DNA of 63,406 bases, counting the filler, from Octopus bimaculoides (taxonomy: Eukaryota), in NCBI RefSeq assembly GCF_001194135.2. It is 6 parts of 5 records of this genome, joined end to end, with 100 filler letters (N's around TTAATTAATTAA, not from the genome) between each part and the next. Parts side by side here need not be neighbours in the genome. Positions count along the whole stretch, not along the records: positions 18,567 to 49,371 come from NC_068981.1; positions 49,472 to 54,780 come from NC_069000.1; 4 more parts are not named here. One strand, written 5' to 3'. A program made the translations under genes and the position numbers. Below are positions 40,423 to 52,820 of this stretch, in pieces. The notes beneath the pieces were generated by a model. That model did no database searches, was not told where the DNA came from, and saw nothing but the letters and a program-made list of their open reading frames with translations. The number at the start of each line of letters is the position of its first letter. Positions within the stretch are counted from its first letter, which is position 1.

Positions 40423-40619
40423 CCATGCAATAGCTCTCATGGTTTCTGATCTTAACTGGTTGGAAGTGTTATCATGTACATTGTTTTGCCTTGGTATAGA
40501 AGATGGGATACAGCAAATATTCTGCTTAATACCACACTTTTGCTTCTCAGTTGCTTGACCTTAACCAGTTGAGCATGACCCTTAGTGGCTGACGATATGC
40601 GCATCTCTGATCATGAGCA
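40423..40619 (+). mobile_element. 3'UTR fragment of the Dong-like family seen at 5717-6387
   Basis: GCTCTCATGGTTTCTGATCTTAACTG..GGAAGTGTTATCATGTACA..CCAGTTGAGCATG..CTTAGTGG..GCATCTCTGATCA matches the reverse complement of ~6060-6250. Confidence 0.85.
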
Positions 40620-41345
40620 TCAATAGTATCGAAGATAACTGTAAAGCTAAACACCTGCCTGGAAAATACCCTAATCACCTGTCCAAGCCAGATATTGATA
40701 CAAATTTAAAACACCAATGGCTTCAAGGGGCGGGTCTGAGAGGGGAAACAGAAGATTGTGTTATTGCAGCGCAGAATCAGAGCTTATCTACCAGAAACTA
40801 CCATGCAAACATCATTAAAGATGGCTCGTGGAGAATTTGCGGAAAATTAACAGAGGCAATTGATCATGCTGTTTCTGGCTGTCCAGTCTTCACTGAAAAG
40901 GAGTAACTCATAAGACATGACAAACTAAGGAAATATGTCCACTGGAATGCTTGTAACTACAAAAAATGATAAGTGGTACAGGTACCATCCAGAGGATGTA
41001 GTAAATGGCGAGGGCGTCACCATCCTTTGGAACTTCCTAATATGAACAGACAGAAAAATTGACTCCAATCGATCAGACTTTGTGATCAAGGACTACAAGA
41101 GAGGAACTTGTCTGGTAATGGATATGTCTGTTGTACAAGATCAAAATGTCTCAAGAAAGGAATACGAAAAACATTCTCGCTATAAAGATCTGCAAATTGA
41201 AATCACAAAAATGTGGAAGCTTCGAACTACGATAATTTTTGGTTGAGATGCCAACAACCTATGGAAGAAAACAATGAATAAATAATTGGTACTAAACTAG
41301 CAAATACTACTCTGAGCCGTAGAATATTAGTCACCTTTAAGTATT
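40620..41345 (+). pseudogene. Second R4/Dong-like RLE fragment (different subfamily)
   Basis: HQWLQGAGLRGETEDCVIAAQNQSLSTRNY..RICGKLTEAIDHAVSGCP..RHDK..WYRYHPEDVV..TILWNF..TDRKIDSNRSDFVIKD..MDMSV..YKDLQIEITKMWKL. Confidence 0.85.
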
Positions 41346-43074
41346 CCTTGGTAAAGTATAGAACAAAACTCGAAATGTATGACATGCAAGATCCAGAAAA
41401 CAAATTTTCCACTGATTAGCAGCAAACATTTCATTTTAATATGTACCACTAATAGTTTTTTTCATGTAAACCTCATTGTTGGCTGTGAATAGGAAGATAG
41501 ATGGGATTAAAGCTAAAACCATCACGTGATTTTTATAATGAGGATTTATATCTATTTATTTTTTTTAGTTTTAAGCCCTTTCCCCTTCATATAGCATATA
41601 GACTTGAGTGAGATGTGTGCAGGTTTTTACAATATGAAGTTCATAACACTTTACAATCTAAGTATAGGAAATTATTAATTTAATGTATGTTAACAAAATC
41701 TCAGATTTTCTCTTTAGCTTACGTATCAATCATCCTCAAAGTACTGGGCAATATAATGGATTATCACATATCTTATATAAAGCATAATAAAGAGAACACT
41801 AAGTTTATATACGTATAAGTGTAGAACAGATAGTATATGACCTTGCAGATTGAAGTAATGATCTGTAAAATCAATTTTGCAAATTTTGTTATTTTAACGT
41901 ATTGATTTTTGCTTATGCTCAAGGCTTATTCTGTGAGGAAAGCGATATCTTAGATTCCTTCAACCACAGTATTGTAAATTCCTTAGCTTATTGGCAGCAT
42001 CCTGGAGGGATTAAAGGAATAAAAAACTAGCATAGAAATATTCCGAAGTAAAAAAAAAGTATACGTATGCCTACATAGATGTGCATGTATATGTATGTAT
42101 ATATATATATATATATATNNNNNNNNNNNNNNNNNNNNNNNNNNNNNNNNNNNNNNNNNNNNNNNNNNNNNNNNNNNNNNNNNNNNNNNNNNNNNNNNNN
42201 NNNNNNNNNNNNNNNNNNNNNNNNNNNNNNNNNNNNNNNNNNNNNNNNNNNNNNNNNNNNNNNNNNNNNNNNNNNNNNNNNNNNNNNNNNNNNNNNNNNN
42301 NNNNNNNNNNNNNNNNNNNNNNNNNNNNNNNNNNNNNNNNNNNNNNNNNNNNNNNNNNNNNNNNNNNNNNNNNNNNNNNNNNNNNNNNNNNNNNNNNNNN
42401 NNNNNNNNNNNNNNNNNNNNNNNNNNNNNNNNNNNNNNNNNNNNNNNNNNNNNNNNNNNNNNNNNNNNNNNNNNNNNNNNNNNNNNNNNNNNNNNNNNNN
42501 NNNNNNNNNNNNNNNNNNNNNNNNNNNNNNNNNNNNNNNNNNNNNNNNNNNNNNNNNNNNNNNNNNNNNNNNNNNNNNNNNATATATATATATATATAAA
42601 TAGATAGATAAATAGAAAATTAGATAAATATAGATGTATATGTATATATGTATGCATGTATGTATTATATACTTATGTATTATTTGCTAATGTATTGCAA
42701 AATGTATCATTCACTCTTTATTTGTTATATTACAACATATTAATTACACTGGATTCAATAAACAGAAAATTCCAAGTATTGAAGTAGTTGTATTCTCGTA
42801 CTAAAGGAAATAATATACGACAGCATTCTACATGCTTTCTTTCCCATCAAACGAACTTTCTTTCCCATCAAAATACGCTTCAAATTATATTGCAAATGTT
42901 CTCTATTCACTGCTTTGAAAACAAAATCTTTTCAATTATCTTGGCTAAAAATCTTCCATGTTAAACTAAGAATCTTATCTCCTTACTTCATTTGTATGCC
43001 TCAAAGCACAGCTTGTTGCATTTCTGTATGGAAGCTAAAATATCAGTTATGACTTTATTTCTATCAACCTTTAG

Positions 43075-43121
43075 GCATTACTGCTGCTGCCGCTGCGACT
43101 GTCGTTATTGGTTATTGTTGC

Positions 43122-43152
<31 letters not shown>

Positions 43153-43178
43153 ATTATTATTATGATTAGTAGTAGTAA

Positions 43179-43210
<32 letters not shown>

Positions 43211-43362
43211 ATAGTAGTAGCAGTAACAACAGCAGTAGCAGCAGTAGTATTAGTAGACGCATTTGGTGTTGTAGGAGAAACGCTCATAAAACTGTTGGAT
43301 GCTTCATGGTGGTGATGATGATGATGATGATGAAGATGATGATGATGATGAAGATGATGATG

Positions 43363-43427
<65 letters not shown>

Positions 43428-43486
43428 AAGAAGAAAAAGAAGAAAAGTAAAAGAAAAAGAAGTAGAAGGAGAATAATAATAAGAAC

Positions 43487-43539
<53 letters not shown>

Positions 43540-43560
43540 TAATAATAATAATAACGATAC
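43075..43560. repeat. Compound trinucleotide microsatellite block (CTG/GTT/ATT/AGT/GAT/ATA/AGA)
   Basis: Directly visible; a unique ~50-nt island at ~43255-43305. Confidence 0.95.
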
Positions 43561-44699
43561 TAAATTAAATATTTAATAGAGTCTAACAAAAATATTATGG
43601 GATGATTCCAATATTCACATAGCAGGTTAAACAGAAGAAACGACCTAAACAGAAAAGAAAATTTAATTTTTGTATACATATTCATATATATATAAGTTTT
43701 CGTACATTTTTTAAACATACTATTTCTATTGGTTTTAAAGATGTAGTTGTAGATAATCAAGTTAAAATATCGAATGAGCCATCGAGAACAGTTGAATAAA
43801 AGGAATTTAAATATCTCCGAATACCATAATTAGCAATATTGTCATGTCATTTTCCAAGACTTTCTGTCTGTTTTGAACCTTTATTTATAGTAAAGAATTT
43901 AGTCTACATTAGGCTATGATGTTCAATAAGTTATAAAAATCATATTTCATGTATTGAAAATTGTATTCAATATAGATTGTTACTATTTGGTTTTGTTTCG
44001 ATATAATTTTTTGACGGGTGGTAAATTTCTTTTCGAATCATATTTTGGAAAGTAAAATAAAGATTTTGAAAAAAAATATCGTAAGAACGAAAAATATTTA
44101 CAAAATGGAATTGTTGAAAGCAAGCCAAGGAGGTATACAGGGAAATTTGTAAACAGAATAAAGATGTGTATGGTAACCTTGAATTTTTTCACGACAATGA
44201 AGTGTTGCAGTGTTGCGATATAACGCGATCAACATCATCACTACCACGTTCATGGCAATGTTTATCATCCTCATAGCGATCGTTATCATTCTGTCATTCA
44301 CTCTGTATAGAAAATATGAAGATGAGAGATGAATCCTAATTTAACATGCTTTCCAGTTGTGAGTAGCCCAAGCAATGCGATCTAACGATTTCATCAGTAA
44401 TATTGTGAACATCATAACTATTTTTATTTTGTTTTTATTTTAGCATTTCTACCCAATATAATAGGGGGAAATCCCATTATATACAGCAAAAAGTGATGGG
44501 TGTGACGTGGTTTTCTATTGTATAATGTTCAATAGTTCGGTCGTGATATAAATCACAATATGACAGAACCACTGAATTGTAAATACTGTGGAATATGAAA
44601 TGAAAACAAACATTGTTTCGTAATATATAGACAGTATACAAAATATGCAAGCTTGTGAATACGCCTCTGAATATGACTAATAAGTGCATTATATATATA

Positions 44700-45320
44700 C
44701 AGGGTGCGGTGAATAAACTGTCGTCTAAATTACGCAAAAATGAAAATAACATTGACATCTCATTTTAACAGATATATTTACCAAAATTACATTAAAATAT
44801 TGTGAAATACTAAACGGGAAATTATTCAATAGAATTGCCATTGGCTTCAACCACGGCCTCCAGACGACTTCGGAATCTCTTGCAATTCTTTTGGACGGTC
44901 ACCTTCTTTAAGTTGGTGAATGCTGCCATAATCCTTGCCTTCAGTTAATTTTTGGTGTTACAAGCAGTCTTGTTGGTCACTTGCTCAACTGTGCCCCACA
45001 CATAGTAATTAACGGCTTTGCAGTCTGGTGAGTTAGGTGGTCAGATACTAGCGGTGATGACTGGGTTCTCCTACTTGCATGGCATGGTGCAGAGTCCTGT
45101 TGCCAGACATAGGGTCTTTCAGCAGTCACCCTCTTAGCCAAGGGCAACACTACCTTCTTCAGGTACTTGATGTAGGTCACCATGTTGAGACTGAGGTCGT
45201 GTGGGAAGATGAATGGAGGCATCAATAGTGATCATTCCAAAGTCCTTCATGCTGACTGGATGTTGGATTTTTATCTCTCTCGGTACACGTCCTCAGATTG
45301 CACAGTCCTCAGAATGACAC
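44700..45320 (-). mobile_element. DD37D (maT/mori-like) Tc1/mariner transposon, 3' half
   Basis: MPPFIFP..YIKYLKKVVLP..YVWQQDSAPCH..PPNSPDC..YYVWG..CKRFRSRLEAVVEANGNSIE*; TIR CAGGGTGCGGTGAATAAAC preceded by TA at 44700. Confidence 0.8.
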
Positions 45321-45323
45321 CCA

Positions 45324-46275
45324 TTAGGCTGTCAAGAAAGTTCTTGCGGAATATTTAATTTTAGATATAAATTAAGTATTTTCAAATTAATTTTCGTTAA
45401 ATTACTTTGACTTTTTATATCATTTTAAACCCCATTTCTCGCTCTACCTAATCGTGCTACTCTTTTTCTTTTTGAATAATTTGGCCTTTTTTTCCGGGAT
45501 GTTGATTACAACATGGACAAAAAGCAAATTCGTACAATTTTCTTAATCCAGTTCAAGCTAGGCCGAATAGCTGCTGAAACAGCCCTCGACGTCAACGATG
45601 CGTTTGGCCCAGGAACGACCAATGAACGTACAGCACAACGGTGGTTCAAGAAATTTCGTAGCAGTGACGAGAGTCTTGAAGATGATAAGCGTAGTGGTCG
45701 GCCATCGGATGTTGACAACGATCAACTAAGAGCCTTAGTCGAAGCCAATCCACGCACAGCTGTTCGATAGCTTGCTTCTGAATTACACGTAGCATATACG
45801 ACACTTTCCAGCCACTTGAAAGAGATTGGAAAAACAAAAGTACTTGAGAAATGGGTAACACACGAATTGAACGGCAACCAAAATAAAAAAATAAAACAAA
45901 AAAAAACGTTTTGAAGTGTCGTCTTCCCTTCTTTTACGCAACAAGAACGACCCGTTTCTCGACAGGATTTGCGATGAAAAGTGGATTCTTTACGACAACC
46001 GGCAACGCTCAGCTCAATGGTTGCACCCCGACGAAAGTCCACGGCACATCCCGATGCCAAAGTTGCACCAAAAGAAGGTCATGGTGACTGCTTGGTGGTC
46101 TGCGGCCGGTCTCATCAATCACAGCGTTTTGGATCCAGGCGAAACCATTACGGTGGAGCAGTACTGTCCGCAAATGGAAGAAATGCATAAGAAACTCCGA
46201 CAACAACAGCCAGCATTGGTCAATAGAAAAGGACCAATTTTTCTCCACAACAACGCTCGGCAGAACGTTTCTCAA
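45324..46275 (+). mobile_element. mariner (Hsmar1/cecropia-like) transposon with transposase pseudogene from ATG 45513, 3'-truncated
   Basis: TIR TTAGGCTGTCAAGAAAGTTCTTGCGG resembles the Hsmar1 TIR; MDKKQIRTIFLIQFKLG..QRWFKKFRS..RSGRPS, WVTHEL, CDEKWILYDN, LHQKKVMVTAWW, HNNAR; stop at 45768-45770 and frameshifts. Confidence 0.9.
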
Positions 46276-46279
46276 AGTT

Positions 46280-46361
46280 GGTGAATTCAATGCAGAAATT
46301 ATTTTCTGCAGAGATATTTCCGGATTTAGCGCGCCAAAACTAAGACTTTTGAATATTACTC
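46280..46361 (-). repeat. Fragment of the repeat/MITE family at 61060-61345
   Basis: TGCAGAAATTATTTTCTGCAGAG..GCGCGCCAAAAC matches the reverse complement of ~61135-61215. Confidence 0.75.
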
Positions 46362-46879
46362 TTTATAATTAATAGAATCCCGTGCACATGTTTTCATTAG
46401 TTGGGGACAAATAGCACGAGGTTCTGTTGGATTATAATCGTTATGGCAGTCTATACTGAGGAGAAACAGATACTTTCGTTAAGAAAGTGTTGATTTTGAA
46501 ACCATGGTCTACAGATAACCTAGGTATTTACATAATTTTCACTAGTCTCGCCCGCCTGTTTTGAAGTGTGTAAATATAGGATTGGAGGGTGACGGAAAAG
46601 AAACATAAAAGGTCACTTGCTGTGATTGTGGAGGTGGTGAACAAAATTTGAAAATTTACTCGGTGACATGCAGGCTGCTATGAAAGGCTTCCGTTTTGGC
46701 AATTAAGCATGCAGTCGGTGTCAAGTAATATCTTCATAGTCCCCACTTTCTGCTGCCGATGGCGTAGGCCTTACCCACTCCTTGGATTTTGTAGTTGATG
46801 ATGAAAGCTGTGGATTTCTATTTTAAGCCGCACACGTAGCTAGAAACCATCCTGGTGTTTTACATGTTCCATTAACTAA

Positions 46880-47220
46880 AGAAGGATCAATAGATGTTGA
46901 AGGCCCACGTATTTCTTGGTAGATGTTGTTTTCAGCATTGGTCGCTCTGACTGATACCTTGCATGTGATTGTCTTTGACTTGTAGGGTCCATTCAAGGGA
47001 CACGGCACAGTCTTGTGTTTCTGCTAGTATAGCCAAATTCTCTAGACGGTGTGTTCATATGTACAACTATGTTTATCAAATAGGGGGTTAAAACTCTATT
47101 TTTTATGTTGTGCCTGTTAAATGTTTCCTGTGTATATGCTAGGTAGGGAAATGCGGTGTCTTTGGTTTCGCTTTTCTCTGACAGTAACGAAGGTAATGTG
47201 CGCCAGACTTGTATAAGTTG
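46880..47220 (-). pseudogene. Degenerate Penelope-like fragment (RT C-terminus to GIY-YIG linker)
   Basis: DTAFP..TFNRHNIK and CPLNG..TITCKVSV resemble the DKHFP..IFNRNTVK / CPLNG..VVYKATV linker of Penelope-like elements; low identity. Confidence 0.4.
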
Positions 47221-48355
47221 ATGACGTTTAATGATCATCACACTGTGACATGGAAAAGGAGATGATTTTATTATTTTAATATTCCTTTAATAAATTCAAT
47301 TCTCGGTTTCAAACGACAATGAGAGCTACTTATTTCATCGTCACACTTGGCTTTTTGATACATAGATACATATATATGGATGCATATACATATGTATGCA
47401 TATATATACATGCATGTATTATGTATACAATATACATATATTTAATCATAACCCTAGCATTATTCTAACATGAAATTATGTAAAGATAACTGTGATTGGC
47501 TATCACTGATGCAAGATATAATAAACATTGTTTACACATGTAATTTTTATAGTTCAGAGAAATACTGTAGTGCAGTATAGTACAGTAAAATGTGTTAGAA
47601 TTATGATGTTATACTTTGAGTGACTGATATATCCCTGCTTGTATAGTATATATAAACTGATACTTCAGTTTTAAGTGGATATCCAACTTTTTGTTTATAA
47701 TATCATGAAGTATTTAATGTGTTCATTTCTTAGGCTTGTAATCGCACCATATAGTATTTCATAGAAGTAAGAATATTTTTTATGTTTGCTAATACTTCTT
47801 TATAAGAAGTTCGAAATGTTTTTTACCATCTTCTACAATAGTTTAGCACTATAAAGTGCTGGAGAAAATACTCGTGCAACTGAAGAGATTTGACTGCTTT
47901 ATTGCCTTTCAAGGTTTCCATTTTTATTCTGTTGAAGACATCTTCAGATTTTAGAATTGACGTAGCAATAAATAATAGAAAATTCGCCTTATATCTAGTA
48001 AGGAAGGTATTTTTATTCAATTTGAGATTGTAGCTACATAGAATAAATTACACTATTCTGTTGCTGTACATAAGTTTCAAGGAAGTATGTTTGAGATAGA
48101 TGGTAATCCTATCAGTTTCAGCTTTAGTGAATAAAGCTGGTTAAATATATTAGTTACACATACGTCTACAATCTAGTAATAGAAAATTCCTGGGAGCTTT
48201 AATTCTATAGATTTGTATGTAGAATGCTCTAAAGCAGAAAATATGCTCATGTGAGCCCGTGACATGGATTTGATTCCTAGTAGCTGTAGCATTGTCACTT
48301 CCATTCACATATACTGGAAGAAACTTGAACAAGATATCGTATGAACGTATTATAA

Positions 48356-48395
<40 letters not shown>

Positions 48396-49471
48396 GTTGG
48401 TGAATGAATGTGATGCTTTCCACTTTACACGTTGAGTAATTTATATCTTTGAGTTGACGTCAAGTAGAGTATTGGTGAAAATTGATTTAAGTTACTTTAA
48501 AGTAAAGTTTGTTATTATGAAGCCTGTCTAAGGGCTTCAAAATTTGAGGCCAACACAGTATTACTAGGCTGATTTATTTCAGTAGTTAGTAAATTAAACT
48601 TTAAGTGAAAGAAAATATTTATTGACTCGATATATTTAAAGACAAGCGATGGAATAAATATGTATCCTTCGTACCCACTGTAAGGGTTGTTATTAATTTG
48701 TTTAAAAGTAACAATGTCGAAAAAGTAATGACGTATTTCTGTTTCAAATTTTCACTAAATTGATAAGTGGTCTATAAGTTTTCCACATATCGTTTCCACT
48801 CAGCTATAGAACGCGTTTTAGCTTTCAGTTGCAAAGCACTATATACGTTTAAGCCAACCAAACGGTTGAGTGTGTGTGTGTGTGTATATATATGTGTGTG
48901 TATATATATGTGTGTGCGTGCGTGCGCGCACGTGTGAGTATATATATATATGTGTTTTCTCGTCTACGTTTTGTTTGCAATGTCCTGTACCCAGATATGC
49001 ACCTATACATACAGGTGGATGTCGGTATGCACATACCTGTACGTATATATGCATATACTCATTTACTATTTGTTTTTACATGATTGAACGCAGCGTCTCC
49101 AATTGTAAGTAGTTTTCGTAACTTTATATTTTCCGACGCTACTCTTTCTCTTTCTCTTTCTCTATCTTTTTTCCCCCTCTCGTTCTTCCTCTTTCCTACT
49201 ACGTATCTCGCTTTACCCCTCTCGTTCTTCCTCTGTTACTACTACGTATCTCTTTTTTCCCCCTCGTACTTCCTCTCTTTCTCTTTTCCTCTCGTTGCTC
49301 ACCTATTCTTCTACTTCCTCCCTTTGTTTCTCTCTCTACCACTCTCTCTCTCTTCCCCTTACACCGGCATGNNNNNNNNNNNNNNNNNNNNNNNNNNNNN
49401 NNNNNNNNNNNNNNNTTAATTAATTAANNNNNNNNNNNNNNNNNNNNNNNNNNNNNNNNNNNNNNNNNNNN

Positions 49472-49770
49472 AAACACCCAAAGCTCCACGAGGCTCCGGC
49501 AGGGAATGGTGGCGAACCCTGCTGTATTCTTTCACCACAACTTTCTCTCACTCTTTCTTCCTGAGTTTCTGTTGTGCCTGTTATTCAAAGGGTCAGCCTT
49601 GTCACACTCTGTGTCACGCTGAATATCCCCGAGAACTACGTTAAGGGTACACGTGTCTGTGGAGTGCTCAGCCACTTGCACGTTAATTTCACGAGCAGGC
49701 TGTTCCGTTGATCGGATCAACTGGAACCCTCGACGTCGTAAGCGACGGAGTGCCAACAACACAATACAAT
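49472..49770 (+). mobile_element. SINE family C (head lost in a gap)
   Basis: Near-identical to 52010-52299: AAAGCTCCACGAGGCTCCGGC..CCCGAGAACTACGTTAAGGGTACACGTG..GACGGAGTGCCAACAAC. Confidence 0.9.
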
Positions 49771-49775
49771 ATATG

Positions 49776-49822
<47 letters not shown>

Positions 49823-50070
49823 CGTTTTATTTTTTCGTTTATTTGTTCCAGTCATTTGACTGCGGCTATGCTGGAGCACCGCCCTTAGTCGAGCAAATCG
49901 ACCCCAGGGCTTACTCTTTGTGAGTCTAGTACTTATTCTATCGGAATCTTTTGCCGAACCGCTAAATTGCGGGGACGTAAACACACCAGCATCGGTTATC
50001 AAGTGATGTTGGGGGGGACAAATACAGACACACCAACATATACACTCATACACGCACACATACATATGTA

Positions 50071-50113
<43 letters not shown>

Positions 50114-50297
50114 ATATATATATATATATATATACACGACGGGCTTCTTTCAGTTTCCGTCTACCAAATCCACTCAAGGCTTTGGTCGGCGCGAGGCTAT
50201 AGTACAATACACTTGCCCAAGGAGCCATGCAGTGGGACTGAACCCGGAACCATGTGGTTTGTAAGCAAGCTACTTACGTGACGCCACTCCTGCGCCT
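49823..50297 (-). mobile_element. SINE family B, full length
   Basis: Reverse complement of family B, including AGGCGCAGGAGTGGCG head and internal TATC/TA repeats. Confidence 0.9.
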
Positions 50298-50714
50298 ATA
50301 TATATATATATATATATCTATATATNNNNNNNNNNNNNNNNNNNNNNNNNNNNNNNNNNNNNNNNNNNNNNNNNNNNNNNNNNNNNNNNNNNNNNNNNNN
50401 NNNNNNNNNNNNNNNNNNNNNNNNNNNNNNNNNNNNNNNNNNNNNNNNNNNNNTACACATACATATGTATATAGATGTGTGTATATATATGTGTACATGT
50501 ATATATATATATATATATATGCATGTATATATATATGTGCGTATATATATATGTGTATATATATATATATATATATGCATATACATATATATATATATGA
50601 TAAGAAAAAAATCCACAAAGTTCTGTCTCAATATAACCATTATTGTCTCTGAAAGTTGTTTTTTTCTATGTAATATGGATGGCTTGAAGCTAACCTTTAT
50701 CCTAGGATCCTATG

Positions 50715-50755
<41 letters not shown>

Positions 50756-50954
50756 TATATATGTATGCGCGTGTAAAGGCGGCGGATTTAATTAATTTGA
50801 AGCGGATGTTTCAGTTTTTGTTCCGGCTCTGTGCATTCTGAGTTCAAATTCCACTATGGCCTATTTGAGGGGCTGACTATCCGTCACCCGGTTTAACATC
50901 ATCACGTGGTACCCTGAGTGCCTCTCAAAAGGGGACTGTGTTGCGGACACTGAG

Positions 50955-51119
50955 AGTGATTTATGGGAAAATTGGCTTTTATTTCTAGCAAGTCCTATGT
51001 CCTCGTATCTGTTCCTCTCATGTTATATCTCCCGGAAGAAGCCGGAATCAACGAGGAAATCTCTACGTGATTCGGACTTGACATGAAAGAAATGGCAACC
51101 AAATCATACAGAAATCACT
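50955..51119. mobile_element. MITE with ~45-bp imperfect TIRs
   Basis: AGTGATTTATGGGAAAATTGGCTTTTATTTCTAGCAAGTCC versus reverse complement AGTGATTTCTGTATGATTTGGTTGCCATTTCTTTCATGTCAAGTCC; inner CCTCGT/ACGAGG. Confidence 0.6.
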
Positions 51120-51180
51120 GGGCTAGAACATAATTGATAATGTGATGCTACCTGGAATCACCCACCAAAAAACAAAAACA

Positions 51181-51580
51181 AAGACGTGTTGGTCACGTCT
51201 GGAAAGCTTTTGATCAGGTCTGTACGATCTGTGCCAACTTCCGCACCAAAATAAACAAAAGAAAAAACAAAGACGTGTTGGTCACGCCTGGAAAGCCTTT
51301 GATCAGGTCTGTAAGATCTGAGCTGAAAAAAAACCCCAAGACGTGATGGTCACGGCTAGAAAGCCTTTGATTGTAGTTCTGTACAATCTGAGCCAACGCA
51401 AAGCTAAACAACAAACAAAAAGTACAGACTATTTTAGATAACGCAGCTCCCTAGTTACCCCTATGAAGACTAGATGGCCACGGTTAGAATGCATTTGATT
51501 ATAGGGTTACTCGGTCAGGGCTGACTCGGGTGGGACAATCAACAACAGCAACAATAACAACAACAACACCAACAACAATA
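51181..51580 (+). repeat. Four dispersed-tandem copies of a ~55-nt unit with A/CAA-rich spacers
   Basis: AAGACGTGTTGGTCACG(T/C)CTGGAAAGC(T/C)TTTGATCAGGTCTGTA.GATCTG at ~51181, 51269, 51337; diverged copy at 51474 ending in (CAA)n. Confidence 0.8.
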
Positions 51581-51911
51581 ACGGTAACAACGTTTTCTGC
51601 CGATTCATCGACCTTGGTAAATAAAGTACATAACATCTTAATCTTAATCTTTTAATACCCTCGCTTTTTAACCTGTTACACATCACTGACACCCATTTAT
51701 TTCACCCCTCCCCAGCTTATTTTTTCTCTTCAACTGAACGTCAATCAAAATAGTTTTCTACTTTCTTTTTTTTCCCACTCTTAAGGCACCCTACCCTATT
51801 TTAGTTATTTTACAGTCTTTGACGATTAACCCATATGTAGACGTTTCTTTTAAAACTTATTCTTATAATAACCAAGGCTTTTGTTTTTTGTGTATGTCTT
51901 CTTCAGAGAGT

Positions 51912-52299
51912 GGAGGTGCAATGGCCCAGTGGTTAGGGCAGCGGACTCGCGGTCATAGGATCGCAGTTTCGATTCCCAGACCGGGCGTTGTGAGTGTTTA
52001 ATGAGCGAAAACACCTAAAGCTCCACGAGGCTCCGGCAAGGGATGGTGGCGAACCCTGATGTACTCTTTCACCACAACTTTCTCTCACTCTTACTTCCTG
52101 TTTCTGTTGTGCCTGTAATTCAAAGGGTCAGCCTTGTCACACTGTGTCACGCTGAATATCCCCGAGAACTACGTTAAGGGTACACGTGTCTGTGGAGTGC
52201 TCAGCCACTTGCATGTTAATTTCAAGAGCAGGTTGTTTCGTTGATCGGATCAACTGGAACCCTCGACGTCACAAGCGACGGAGTGCCAACAACAACAAC
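51912..52299 (+). mobile_element. tRNA-derived SINE family C, full length, (CAA)n tail
   Basis: A-box TGGCCCAGTGG, B-box-like GTTTCGATTCCC, unique body, GCCAACAACAACAAC tail. Confidence 0.9.
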
Positions 52300-52363
52300 T
52301 TCTTCAGAGAATCATAGAAAAAGACTTAGAGAAGGAGAAAAAATTGGTTTAATCTACAACTAT

Positions 52364-52820
52364 AGGCGCAGGAGTGGCTGTATGGTAAGTAGCTTACTTA
52401 CCAACCACATGGTTCCGGGTTCAGTCCCACTGTCTGGCACCTTGGGCAAGTGTCTTCTACTATAGCCTCAGGCCGACCAAAGCCTTGTGAGTGGATTTGG
52501 TAGACGGAAACTGAAAGAAGCCCGTCGTATATATGTATATGTATATATATATGTGTGTCTGTGCTTGTCCCCCCAACATCGCTTGACAACCGATGCTGGT
52601 GTGTTTACGTCCCCGCAACTTAGCAGTTCGGCAAAACAGACAGATAAAATAAGTACTAGGCTTACAAAAAATAAGTCCTGGGGTCGATTTGCTCGACTAA
52701 AGGCGGTGCACCAAAAGGACGAAAGGCAAAGTCGACCCCGGCGGCATTTGAACTCAGAACGTAGATGGACGAAATGTCGCTAAGCATTTCGTCCGTCGTA
52801 CTAACGATTCTGCCAGCTCC
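52364..52820. mobile_element. SINE family B (+, 52364-52713) joined tail-to-tail to SINE family A (-, 52714-52820)
   Basis: Family B head AGGCGCAGGAGTGGCTG..AAGGCGGTGCACCA, then AAAGGACGAAAGGCAAAGTCGACC..GATTCTGCCAGCTC. Confidence 0.85.

Noticed and set aside
45513-46284. SETMAR-like host gene
   Set aside because: There is no SET domain or exon structure, a TIR is present, and the ORF has a premature stop and truncation.
51181-51400. Repeat-spacer pattern resembling a CRISPR array
   Set aside because: Eukaryotic context, no cas genes, degenerate repeats, and low-complexity A-rich spacers of unequal length.
51912-51990. tRNA-like sequences (also the heads of SINE families A, B and D)
   Set aside because: A and B boxes are present but there is no proper acceptor stem or cloverleaf, and each continues into a SINE body. 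These are SINE heads, not tRNA genes.
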